Source of the DNA: Marsupella aquatica
Lineage: Eukaryota; Plantae; Marchantiophyta
Assembly (NCBI GenBank): GCA_973895155.1
Contig: OZ316893.1
Location: 25,595,520 to 25,659,519 of the forward strand
Length of the DNA: 64,000 nt
Reading direction: 5' to 3'
The notes beneath the pieces were generated by a model. The model did not search any database. It was not told the origin of the DNA and was given only the letters and a program-made list of their open reading frames with translations. Both the position numbers and the translations under genes were made by a program. Below, piece after piece: positions 46,563 through 58,620 of this stretch (position 1 is the first letter of the stretch; every line of letters starts with the position of its first letter).

Positions 46563-49500
46563 TGTAGAGGTTAACTCAGTCTTGGGTTGAACTATGGTTA
46601 GGATGTTAACTAGGGTTAGAGTAAACCCTAGTTGAAGAGATTGATCCTTATCTCTTCAACTTGTATGTGGTGTGAGAACACACACAAGAGAGTTCTCAAG
46701 AGAGAACACAGAGATATAGCAAGAGATGAGAGCTTGAAGAGATGAGAGCTATGGTGATGCTTGAGTAGACACATAACCGTTAATAAAGCTTGGTCTTCCC
46801 GTGGACGTAGCCAACCTTGAGGCGAACCATGTAACTATTGAGCACGTGTATGTTTGGAGTGTTTTTCCTGATCTGATTTCTCCCCACAATTGGTATCAGA
46901 GCTCAGGTTTTTTCAGTCGATTAGGAACTCCATAGAACTTGCTTCAAGCAAAGCGAACAACGGATGATTTCCTCTTCGAAGCGGAGCTATTGAAAGAAGA
47001 TCGGACTCAATCTTCTCACAAGTGTGGAGCACACAACCAGGGGCTCATTTCAGTGAAGCAATGAAGGCCTAAGGTCAGAAATGGAAACAATTGTAAGTGA
47101 CGGTTTTCAATTTACATTATCGGGCAAGAGATAAGGTCAATTTCTCAGATCAGTCATTTTGATTGTTCTATCGGGACTTGAAACTGAGATACGCTTGAGC
47201 GCCTTGTCTTTCTAGACGTTTCGATACCAACATCGTTGAATTCCGTCAAACGGTTGAGAAACAATCTTAATTTTAATTCTCATTTTTTGAGCTCAAAATT
47301 TTGGCTATGGCGGATAACTTAATATCAGTCACTTTCACCGAATTGTTTCTCCCTCATTACTCCACCGTTTTGCAAGTTCTTTATATCAATCTTGATGCCC
47401 TCAAAGTTTAGTTTCTGAATCTGAAATCAGAATTGGATTTCGTCAAAAATTGAGACGTGAATTTGAGTGAATCCGCCGAGGGGTACTTTCTGCCGCGAGT
47501 AGTCGCGACTTCCGTGGACGCGCGAGGAGGTCGAAAACTTCGAGGAGGCCTTTCTAGGGCTCGACAGGGCTCGGGCAGGGGGAAGTGCCCCCTGTGAAGT
47601 CCCCCACAGGGGCTGTACAAGGGCGGACGGAATTTCCCGAAAAGATTCTTTTCCAGAGGCTTGAATTTTTACCGAAGGTCAAAGATTCCAAGCGGCAAAT
47701 AAAATCGGATCAACTTCAACTTTTGGAGAGGCATACTTGGGGAAACTAGGCAAGTATTGGTGCGTTCAATTCTGAAAAAGTATACTAGTGGAATCTTTGG
47801 CATAAGAGATTCCCTCGAGGGGTAATTATTTCATCTTTTACCCCCCTCCGGTCGGAGTAAAAATTCTCGGCACTCGAGAGTCCATTTGACAAACCGTTTT
47901 CAGAATTCGGAGCGTTACCTTGTGGGCTACGCATAGGAGTGATCAGTTTCAAAATTCACCAACTTTCAATTTTGGCCTTATTTTCACACCCCACATCTGA
48001 GCATTCGACGTTTATTTCTTGTCGGAAGGCACCTCCACACTACATTTGGCATTCCAGCGATGGCGACTACTAGGATTGGAGGTCAACGGTTTGAGATGGA
48101 AAAATTTGATGGTCGGATGGACTATACAATGTGGGAACGTAACGTGAGAGATGCACTTAGGGCGATGGGCCTAGGCAAGGTACTAAGATCTCAACCCAAG
48201 GAGATGGAAGATGATGATTGGCATGATCTCCAGGATCAAGCGGTAAGTATTGTTGGCATGTACCTGAAAAACAATGTGAAGAAGCAGTTCGAGGAAAAAG
48301 CAACACAAACGGTGACGGACTTGTTTCAAGCATTGCGCAACAAGTACTACAAGAAAGAGATGTCAAACCGAATGTATGCAAGCCTGAAGCTCATGCAATT
48401 CAAAATGGCTGATGGAGTCAAGATTCAAGATCATATCGATCAGTTCAATGATCTTGTGGTTGACCTAGAGAATTTGGGGGAGCATTTGAGCGAAGAAAAG
48501 AAAGCCTTACAACTCTTGAGCTCACTACCACCTTCGTACCAATCTTTGTCTCAAGTTCTTCTATTCCGTGATAAGATAACTATATCTTACAATGATGTGG
48601 TGAGTGCCCTGTTGACCAATGACATGCAGTCTAAGCTGGTCTCTTCAACTCATCCTACCTCAACCTCATCATCAATAGCACTGTTGGTAGAAAGAGGTAA
48701 ATCAAGGGAGCCATCTCATGAAAACAAAAGGTTTAACCCACTTCCCATGGAGCGAGGAAGGTTCCACGACCGATCTTTTGGTAGGAGGAGGTTTAGATCC
48801 AGATCTAGATCTCGATCCAAATCACCATCCAAGTCTACTCGTGAGATAAAGTGTTGGAAGTGTGACAAAGTGGGCCACATGAAGAAGGATTATCATGTCA
48901 AAGACACATTCAAGGAAGTTGCCGGTTCTTCAGTCCAAGTAGTTGTTCGAGAAGAGGATAGTGAAGGATTTGCATTGTGTACCACTTCCCAAGTTGAGGA
49001 TTATCAATGGATCTTGGATTCCGTTTGCTCGTATTACATGTGCTATATGCGTGAACTTTTCTCATCCTACACTCCTATCCACGGATCTGTTTTGATGAGA
49101 AATAATCATTCTTGCAAAGTTTTAGGGATTGGATCTATAAAGATTCAACTATCCGGTGACAAGTACTATACTCTATCAAATGTCAGACACATTCCAGAAA
49201 TGTGTAAGAATTTGATTTCTCTTGGCTACTTGGATGCAAAGGGTTATCAATGGAGTGCAACTGATGGGGTGTTAACAGTCACGCATGGATCAACTGAAGT
49301 TCTTATTGGCAAGAGGAAAAGAAACATCTATGTCTTGGAAGGCACCACACTTCTTGCCGAAGTCAATTTGGTCACATCTCAGGAGGAGAAAATCAATTTA
49401 TGGCATGCTTGGCTTGGTCATATGAGTGAAAAAAGTTTGGAAATCTTACACAAGCGACATCTCCTACCAGGATTGCAAGCATGCAAGTTGAGTTTTTGTG

Positions 49501-52500
49501 ATCATTGCATTGTTGGCAAGAAAACAAGAACTCCATTTCTGACTGTCATTCATCATTCTAAAGTTGTACTTGAGTATATTCATTCCGATGTGTGGGGTCC
49601 TGCTCCGGTTTCCTCACATTCAGGCAAACAATACTATGTATCGTTTATCGATGATTACTCAAGGTTTGTTTGGATTTATTTCATTGCCCATAAGTTTGAA
49701 GTGTTTTCCATCTTCAAACAATGGGTAGCTCAAGTTGAGACACAGACTGCAAAGAATGTGAGATATCTACGATCAGATAATGGTGGTGAATACACCTCTA
49801 GCGAGTTCAACACATATTGTGCAAATAAGGGAATTACTCACCATCTCACAACTGTGTACACTCCTGAGCAAAATGGTGTTGCTGAATGACTCAACCGCAT
49901 ATTGTTGGAGCGAGCACGGAGCATGTTGAGCCACTCTAAATTGCCACAAATCTTTTGGGCGGAAGCTGTCAACATAGCTGCTTATCTCGTAAATCTCTCT
50001 CCTAGTCGGGCAATTACTTACAAAACCCCCTTTGAGCTATGGCACAATCAACCTGCTGATTATTCAAAGTTTAAGGTTTTTGGCTGTGAAGCATATGCAC
50101 ATGTTCCTAGCAACAATAGGACTAAGCTAGATCCTAGAGCCCAGAAATGCATTTTTCTTGGTTATCAGCGTGACGTTAAAGGATATCAATTATGGGATCC
50201 AATTGATTGCAAGTTACTTGTTAGTCGGGATGTATCCTTCAATGAAGAAAAATCATTGAAGGAGGAGGAGATAGATCAATTCCCTACTACTAACAAAGAG
50301 CAATCTCCTCCTCTAGAGGATATAAGGGGAAAGGATATGTCAGATAACGAATATGTTGACACCACTGTAAGGCAAAACACACTACAATCAGATCAACCAG
50401 AGTCTTCAGTGCGAAGAGGAACTCGCAAACGTCAAGCCCGGGAAAGGTATGGAACTTGGTTTCCTTCTGATCAAGTGGATTTGGATGAAGAATCTATTGA
50501 TGCATTGGTGACAGAAGATGGAGATCCATCCTCATTTCGAGAGGTCCTAGCTTCTATGGAGAAGCAACAGTGGCAGGCGGCGATGCGCATGGAAATGAAA
50601 TCACTTCATGATAACAAGACTTGGGAACTCACAAGTCTACCTAGTGACAAGCAGGCTGTTGACAGCAAGTGGGTGTATAGGAAGAAAGATGGACCCACGG
50701 AGGATGCTGAGAAGATATTTAAGGCTCGGTTGGTAGCCAAGGGTTTTACTCAATAGAAAGGTATAGACTACAATGAGGTTTTTTCACCCGTAGCAAAGTA
50801 TTCAACAATACGTTTGCTATGTGCTCTTGTAGTTTTATTTGATCTGGTTTTAGATCAAATGGATGTTGTCACGGCATTCTTATATGGATCGTTGGATGAG
50901 ATGATTTACATGAGGCAACCAGAGGGTTTTGTGCAAAAGGACAAGGAAAATTTGGTATGTAGGTTGCTAAAATCCTTGTATGGATTAAAGCAGAGCCCAA
51001 GGCAGTGGAACAAGCGTTTTGATGAATTTTTGAAATCGCTTGGATTTGTGCGAAGCATGTACGATCCATGTGTTTACATAAGGCTTGTGAACAACACAGG
51101 TTTTAAGCTTTTCATCCTTGTATTTTATGTGGATGACATGCTCATTGCAGCACAGGATAGGGGCGAAGTTGATAAGCTTAAGGCCCAACTCAGTTCTGAG
51201 TTTAAGATGAAGGATTTGGGCACAGCCAAGAGGATCCTAGGCATGGAGATTGTCAGGGATGTTAACAAAGCCAAACTTTGGCTGACGCAGAAAAGATATG
51301 CAGAGAAGGTACTCTCAAAATTCAACATGGCAGATGCTAAGGCTATGAGTGTTCCTTTGGCAAGGCATTTCAATATTTCTACAGCATTTTGTCCATTGGA
51401 TGCGACAAAAAAAAGTTTGATGTCCAAAGTTCCTTATGAAAGTGCTATGGGTAGTTTAATGTATCTCATGGTATGCACCCGACCAGACATAGCTTATGCC
51501 GTTAGCAAGGTAAGCAGATACATGGCAAATCCAAGAAAAGTCCATTGGGAAGCAGTGAAATGGATTTTGCGCTACATCAGAGGTTCCACTAAGAAGGGTT
51601 TATTGTTTGATGCAAGTTCAAACAATATGAAAGTGCTTCAAGGTTATGTGGATGCAGACTACGCAGGTGATCTGGATAAGAGGAGATCAACAACTGGATA
51701 TGTATTTACACTTGCTGGTGGATGCATTAGTTGGAAGTCTACTCTCCAAAAGTGTGTTGCAAAGTCTACTATGGATGCCGAGTATGTAGCGGCAGCAAAA
51801 GCAGCATCAGAGACCATTTGGTTGAAAAAGCTTGTCAAAGAGATGGGCTTATCACAAGATTCTGTGTATCTTCATTGTGACAGTCAAAGTGCAATTTACA
51901 CTGCCAAGAATCAGGTGATGGATGGCAGGGTAAAGCACATTGATGTCCGCTATCATTTCATCCGACAGGCATTATCGGATGATGAATTTGAGCTTGTCAA
52001 GATTGATGGAAAGCTTAATCCAGCGGATGCTTTTACCAAAGTATTAGACTACAATAGTTTTTCAAGGCATTGTAATTATTTACAAATATTGTAAATAGAG
52101 TTAACCAAGAAAATGTCTCTATATGAGTACTCCATCCGATGGCTTATCGGCTACGGCTTAGTTCTAGTTAACCCTTGCATTAGGGGGAGGGCCTTTTGGC
52201 CTTACTGTCTTGAACTTCCCGCGGAGGAACTTGTAAGGAAAAGACAATATTATGAACCCTCCCAAGACGTGAGTCAAGGGGGAGTTTGTAGAGGTTAACT
52301 CAGTCTTGGGTTGAACTATGGTTAGGATGTTAACTAGGGTTAGAGTAAACCCTAGTTGAAGAGATTGATCCTTATCTCTTCAACTTGTATGTGGTGTGAG
52401 AACACACACAAGAGAGTTCTCAAGAGAGAACACAGAGATATAGCAAGAGAGGAGAGCTTGAAGAGATGAGAGCTATGGTGATGCTTGAGTAGACACATAA

Positions 52501-52612
52501 CCGTTAATAAAGCTTGGTCTTCCCGTGGACGTAGCCAACCTTGAGGCGAACCACGTAACTATTGAGCACGTGTATGTTTGGAGTGTTTTTCCTGATCTGA
52601 TTTCTCCCCACA
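46563..52612 (+). mobile_element. Full-length Ty1/copia LTR retrotransposon (Tnt1/Tork-like), defective
   Basis: LTRs 46563-46888 and 52287-52612 (326 bp, TG..CA, 2 mismatches by eye); TSD TGCTG; PBS TGGTATCAGAGC (tRNA-iMet) at 46891; PPT AAGGGGGAG just before the 3' LTR. Confidence 0.97.
48060..52094 (+). pseudogene. Copia gag-pol polyprotein (Gag, zinc knuckle, protease, integrase, RT, RNase H) with two in-frame stops
   Basis: One reading frame; stops TGA 49887-89 and TAG 50754-56. Motifs CWKCDKVGH, WILDS, HSDVWGP, LRSDNGGEY, PEQNGVAE, KARLVAKG, LYGLKQSPRQW, YVDDML, GYVDADYAGD, KHIDVRYHF. Confidence 0.95.
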
Positions 52613-53826
52613 TGCTGACTCCGATTGTCGAGCTCTCCTATGGTCCAAGCCCGTATGGGCCATCCGGGGAGGACTTAACATGGGGAGACTTGTGGGCAAT
52701 GGGGCATGGCACTAAGCAAAGGCAAGGCACTAAGCTGGTGACACACACTCGAGCACACACTAAGGACTTAGACTAGTTGAGGGCTACTCAAGTAATGGGA
52801 AAGGGCCGGTCTTAGGGTTGACCGTTCGGGCCCCCAAACGGACTTGGAGTTCTGAAGGTTTGAGTGAGAGCTCCTCTTGGGTCCAAGGCTAATGGAGTGT
52901 ACTTCATGCACAACGGACGCTTGGGGCGTGAGTTACGGGCCGACCTAGGTTTGGCCGCTATGGGGCCTTGGGTGATGACGGGTTATGAGGGCCTAGGCAT
53001 GAGCACTGGGTCGGCCCAATCACAACGAGCTAAGGCACTTCGCCTACGAACGCCTTACTAGAAAGTTATGGGCATAGCCAATTGGTGGCGTGCCCAAACA
53101 TGCGAGTTGGGGTCCAAATGGGGGGCCAAAATTTGGGGACTAAATAGGTCTCGAGGTGGCAGGTATCCAGAAGCATATATGAGGGGAGTGGTGTCTCCCT
53201 AGGGGCTAAGGGCGAGCCAAAGTCGTGAGTTACGGTGATCGCGACACTAAGGGAAAATGCCAAACGGAAATGACGATAACTTCCCAACGGAAAGTCCATT
53301 GGAGGACTTCTTGGGCATGTTGGAAAGCTCTCGAGGAGGACTACATCCTCCTGAGCTCAATTGGGTCTAGGGGTGCCATGGATTCTTGGTATTTGCAGGG
53401 GCTATCTCGCACGCTTGCCAAATTCTTCCAAAATAGCAGGCAAGCCGTGTTCAATCTCCCAAGGGAGCTTGTGTAAGGGAGGCAAAGCCAAGTAGGCATG
53501 GAGGTGGAGCTCCAAGTTCACTTGGCCCCTATGCTATTAGTGGGGTGAGAACCGAGAGTTGGTTGTTACAGTCAAGACTATTCTGGTCCTGGTGTGTTGG
53601 GACAAGCTTTAAGACAAGTTACGCTAGTTGGGCCATGAGCATGTCCTAGGGGTAGGGTGGTTAGTTGGTGATGGATAGGTACGAGGGGAAACCTGAGCTG
53701 CACCCAACGAGGGGCTGTTCTGGATGAACAGTGGGTGTCGGCTCTGGTTCTGACAACGGGACGACCTATCGCTAACCTTCTTACCTAGGTCTGTTGAGCT
53801 TGAGTTAGGATGCTAGACTTGGGGAG

Positions 53827-54166
53827 TGTTAGGATTTACTCTTAGGTCTAGAGTAACGACTATACCATAGTTAAGGCTAACCTTAGTCGCAGACTTGGTT
53901 AGGTTAGTCATGCTGTGCACACTCTATACCCAAGTAATGTTTGCTTGGAGAATGGGAACTCAGGCTCATTGTTAAGGAGCTAGTTATGAGGTAGGGAGAG
54001 CTTGCGCTGTGGATGCTTGGTCGACCAACCGAGAGTGCAGTAAAGCTCTTGGGTGTTCACGTGGATGTAGCCTCATGTGGAGGTGAACCACATATCTCTC
54101 TATGTCAACTCTTGTGCATTGGATGGTTCATGGGCTTGCCATTGTGATTGTCATCTATGCTTAACA
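53827..54166 (+). mobile_element. Older solo LTR (340 bp)
   Basis: TGTTA...TAACA termini; flanks GGGAG / AGGAG (TSD with one mismatch); CGTGGATGTAGCC...GAGGTGAACCACAT motif shared with the other LTRs. Confidence 0.65.
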
Positions 54167-54184
54167 AGGAGGTCTAAATCCCGT

Positions 54185-54875
54185 TGGGTTATTTACCGGG
54201 TACTTGGTTGCTTGTGCAGACCGTGAGGACCGTTGAGCGATGACCGTGTTAGAGAGCAAGTGTGGCTTCATATGGGAGTTGCCACGGGTGGTGCAAAGGC
54301 ATCAAGTTGCTTGCTCAAGGAGTTCCGTGGAGACGTTACTTTGGGCACCAGGGGCACTTAGGCGTGGGTGTTGGGATTGGTGAAGGCTCTGGGTTGCAAG
54401 GTCTACCACTATATTGAAGCTTTGAAACTCAGCTCAGTTGAAAGCAAGAAAAATGGATTGGTGAGATGAAGGTCTGATCAAAAACATTGGCCCCACTCCA
54501 TTGCTCCCATATCATGTATTTGAGCCCACCGTTGAAGCAAGTTGTCAAGTCATCACAAATTTTGCAAGAACACAACACATTTTCGAAATGCATGTGATGT
54601 GTTGACGACTTACCTGATAGGGTTGTTAAAGTTGTCAACTGTTTGCGATGGAGTGATGAACCTAGCCACCCAACGCCCTCACCAAACCAAGTACTATTGC
54701 CTAAGTACCCTTGGTGCTCAGACACCTCCACGGAACTCCATCAGCAAGCAACTTAGTGCCTCTATCACCGCCAACAATAACTACCATACAAAGCCGCACT
54801 TGGTCCTTAGCATGACCGTCGCTCAATGGCCATACTATCTACACAATCAACCAAACCCGTTGATAAGTAACCTAT
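54185..54875. repeat. Old diverged inverted repeat (arms about 54185-54410 and 54655-54875)
   Basis: AAGTTGCTTGCT..GGAGTTCCGTGGAG pairs with CTCCACGGAACTCC..AGCAAGCAACTT; further partial matches on both sides. Confidence 0.65.
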
Positions 54876-55048
54876 CATGAGCTCGGATCCCAAGACCATT
54901 ATCTTGCCTCAAGCTCAACAGTCGTTAATAAATAGGTCAGTGAATATAATCTCTTTGGTCTGTGTGACCTTGCCATAAGCTAAAGCTAAGGGTGGCACCC
55001 ATTATTTTGCCTCAGCCCGTTGTGATCAGGCCAATGAGGGGGCGCCTG

Positions 55049-56403
55049 TGGTTACATGCTATTGTACTAACCTAGACCGGACCGCCATTATCCTATGCTT
55101 GAAGGGTGCACCTCTTGCTGGGTCCGGAAACTGGACATCACAATATGACAAATTAATACGGAGTTTGATATCCCTCTATACCATGATAAACCTCATTATT
55201 TTGAGTACACACCATATATTATCACATTTTGATGTGTGATTACCAGCAAGGCCTTTGGCTACATGCTATAGACTATTGTACTAACCCAGACTGAACCACC
55301 ATTATCCTTACTTGAAGGGGCACCTTGGTTTAATGTGACTACCACTATCCTAGTTTTCTGATCACAGGGTAAGTTACATGTTACTAATCCAAACCAGACC
55401 GCAATTAATCTATACTCGAAGGAGCACCTGTGGTTTAATGTGACTAACACTAGTGTAGTTAGTGTAGTTAGTGGGAACATTGGTACTGTCAAATCTTCGT
55501 CATTGGGATCGGTTACATGTTACTAATCCAAATCAGATCGCAATTATCCAAGGTATTGTATAATGTGAGCAAACAGGAATTTTGTTAGCGAGACAGTAGT
55601 AGTTTTAAATTTCTTTTGCTTTTTGTTGTCTTTTATATTTTTTGTGTTCTTTTATGACTCCAAATGGCTAGCTAGCAAAAAGAGGAGTCCCAAAAATGGA
55701 TATTCTCAACCAGGTTGTTGTCAGCCAGGCAGTTGGATATAAAAAATCTAGGGGTCATTGTAGCGTGCAAGGAAACAGTAAAAAAATCCATCGCAGGAGC
55801 AAATTATCCTATACTCGAAGGGGCACCTGTGGTTTATTAGTGTGACTAACACTAGTGTAGTTAGTGGGAACATTGGAGTGTGGAATCTTCGTCATCGGGA
55901 TTGGTTACATGTTACTAATCCAAACCAGACCTCCATTCTCCTATACTTGAAGGGGCACCTGTGTTTTAATGTGACTAATGCTAGAGTAGTTAGTGGGAAC
56001 ATTGCACTATGAAATCTTCATCATCGGCATCGTCTGTACTAACCCAGACCGGACCTCCATCATCCTATACTTGAAGGTGCACTTGTGGTTTAGTGCATGA
56101 CTAACACTAGTGTAGTTAGTGTAATTAGTGGTAACATTGGACTATTGAATCTTAGTCATCGGGATAGGTTACATGTTACTAATCCAAACCAGACCGCAAT
56201 TATGGTTACATGTTACTAATCCAAACCAGACCGCAATTATCCTATACTCGAAGGGGCACCTGTGGTTGAATGTGATCAACACTAGACACTGCAGTTAGTG
56301 TAGTTAGTGGGAACAGGGGCACCTGTGGTTTAATGTGACTAACACTACAGTGGACAGTATAGTTAGTGGGAACATTGGACTGTCGAAACTTCGTCATCGG
56401 GAT
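55049..56403. repeat. Tandem array, about 120-130 bp unit, about 9 diverged or partial copies
   Basis: GGTTACATGTTACTAATCCAAACCAGACCGCAATTATCCTATACTCGAAGGGGCACCTGTGGTTTAATGTGACTAACACTAGTGTAGTTAGTGGGAACATTGG..TCTTCGTCATCGGGAT repeated. Confidence 0.9.
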
Positions 56404-56715
56404 CGTTGTCGGCAGTGATCACCTTTTCCCCTTCGCGATCGGCAACGAGCGGTGGATGAGAGGCCCATCGTCATCCGGACCGTGCCCGAGATACGCCTGG
56501 CCTCTCGACAACCAATGGGCAAGCTCCCCTCGTCCCCCTCGTTCCACACTACAGTGATCCTCCCCATCACCAGCCCCGCCCACTCCCAGATTCGCTGCCC
56601 AGCCTCTCGAGATATTTCGCTCGCTGGGCCCTTCGAGATATTTCATGGCTGGCCGAAGCTCTCTGGTGGTGGATGCCGTGAATTATGGGTGTACGAGAAC
56701 GCGATTTGGAGGACG

Positions 56716-57317
56716 CAGGTTTTCTTCATTCTCGTAGTCCTGGCATTCGTCCTCCTGCGCTAAGTGTCAGCTGGAGAAGTCCTCCAGCATGGCGTTCGAG
56801 ATCTTGTGAGAAGCTTCGAGGCGAGAAGCTTCGAGAAACGGTGCTGCCGGTCCCGAAATGTGAGCGTTTTTGATCAGCTGGGTGGGGGGTGGGTTGAGCT
56901 ATTTGATTGACGGACTCCGTTGCTTTGTTTGGGTGTTTTATTGGGCTTCGCCCGTCGTTAGGATGTGTATCTGAAGCGAGGAGTGAAGTGTCTGTTTGGG
57001 AGGGTGTGAGAAAGCGATTTGTAGATTAGAGTTTTTCTGCCGTCTCGTAGTCATGGTCGTCTGCCTCGTCATTGTATAGCGTTAAGTGTCAGCAGGAGAA
57101 GTCCTCAGGCATGACGTTCGTGATCTTGTGAGAAACTTCGAGGTGTACATCTGTAGCGAAGAATCTGTCTGGGAGGGTAGGAGAAAGTGATTTGTAGGAC
57201 AGAATTTTTCTGCCTTCTCGTAGTCGCCTCCTGGCTGCTTGTCATTATCTAGCGCTAAGTGTCAGCCGGAGAAGTCCTCACGCATGACGTTCGTGATCTT
57301 GTGAGAAACTTCGAGGT
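56716..57317. repeat. Three diverged copies of an about 100-200 bp unit upstream of the nicotinamidase gene
   Basis: GCG(C/T)TAAGTGTCAGC.GGAGAAGTCCTC..GCATG(A/G)CGTTCG.GATCTTGTGAGAA.CTTCGAGG at ~56757, ~57079, ~57252. Confidence 0.8.
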
Positions 57318-58023
57318 GAGAAACGGTGACATGTGAGCGTTATTCAACTGAGTAGTAAGGGGGGAAAGCCATTGATTGTTGACAGACCCTGTTGCTGTGT
57401 TTGGGTTGGGTTTGGTTATTTTACTTTCTCTTGCTACCGATATTTGTCTATAGTGAGAGAAGAATCTGTCGTTACGGCTGTTGGTGCTCTTGGCGTGACA
57501 GATGTGTCCCGACATGTGAGAGAGTTTGGGAGGGCGGGAGACGAAAGTCCTCGACTTTTGGTTTTTTTCTAATCCGACTAGTGACCGAGCAGTTTGGTCG
57601 TAAAGTGAATGTGCAAACGGAAGTGCCTCGGAAGAAGACTTGTCTGTAGTAACGGTTGTTCCTTTCATCGGGATCTTTTGAAAGACTGGAAGGGTGCTCT
57701 GTCAACCATTGACGGCTGAAACTTACCAGTTCAGTTGGGGAGAAGGTGCATTGATGCAGTAGGTGGTGACAGTAGCCTTTTGGGAAGAGTTTGTGGTGGT
57801 GATCTTCCTTGTCACTGTGTGGTTTCTCCGCTAATTGTTGGGACATCTCTATCCTCGACAAATCTGGTCTCCGGTTCTTGGTCTTGAAGAAATTGGGGCC
57901 TGAGTAGGGCCCATAGTGGGATACTCTCTCGTGATGAAATAGAGTTGTTGTGTGTGCTTTCACTCCCAAGTCTATTGTTGCAAGGAGAGACGGAGTCGTT
58001 AAGGGGAAAGAAATAGTGTGGAA

Positions 58024-58620
58024 ATGGGGAAAACGGAGTTTGAGGATAAGTATCGGATCTATGCTACTCGAGCGAGGAAGCCTGATCCCTCGCAAGCAGC
58101 TCTCCTGGTGATCGATATGCAGGAGTATTTTCGGGATGTTGCGAATGCTATTGTGCCCACCGTCAAGGAGGTGATCGGTTCTGCAAGGAAGGCTGGCATT
58201 CCAATTGTTTACAGCCAGCACTCCCACAAGCGGCCTGAAGAGGACGGGATGCTGAGTGAGTGGTGGGACGGCAAGATCATCGGCTATGGAACGCCTGAGG
58301 CAGACCTCCTCCCAGAGGTGGAGTTCACGGAACATGACAAGCTTGTGAGGAAACATGTGTACAGCCCATTCGTGAACCCCGACCTGGAGAGCTACCTGAG
58401 GAAGATTGGTCGGTCAGAGGTCATCATCATTGGGGTCCTGACCAATCTGTGTTGCGAGACTGCGGCCAGAGATGCCTTCTGTAGAGGATTCAGAGTGTTC
58501 TTCTCCACTGATGCGACTGCGGCGTTCGCGGCGGAGTATCACGAGTCGACACTGAGAAACCTGGGATATGGATTCGCATATCTGGTAAATGCAAATGACT
58601 TGCAATTTGGAAAAGGATAG
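58024..58620 (+). CDS. NIC2: Nicotinamidase (isochorismatase/cysteine hydrolase family), plant NIC2-like, 198 aa
   Basis: ALLVIDMQEYF (catalytic Asp), LSEWW, RKHVYSPF (Lys), GVLTNLCCETAARDAF.RGFRVFFSTDAT (Cys), GFAYLV; single exon. Confidence 0.9.
   Translation: MGKTEFEDKYRIYATRARKPDPSQAALLVIDMQEYFRDVANAIVPTVKEVIGSARKAGIPIVYSQHSHKRPEEDGMLSEWWDGKIIGYGTPEADLLPEVEFTEHDKLVRKHVYSPFVNPDLESYLRKIGRSEVIIIGVLTNLCCETAARDAFCRGFRVFFSTDATAAFAAEYHESTLRNLGYGFAYLVNANDLQFGKG

Noticed and set aside
52613-53826. Internal region of an older retroelement ending at the 53827 LTR (GGGGAG as PPT)
   Set aside because: No coding remnants or 5' LTR recognised, and the GGGAG/AGGAG flanks fit a solo LTR at least as well.
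58024-58620. Functional link between the nicotinamidase and the NLR (NAD-based immunity cluster)
   Set aside because: The NLR has no TIR/NADase domain, the genes are 17 kb apart across TEs, and NIC2-like genes are ordinary plant housekeeping genes.
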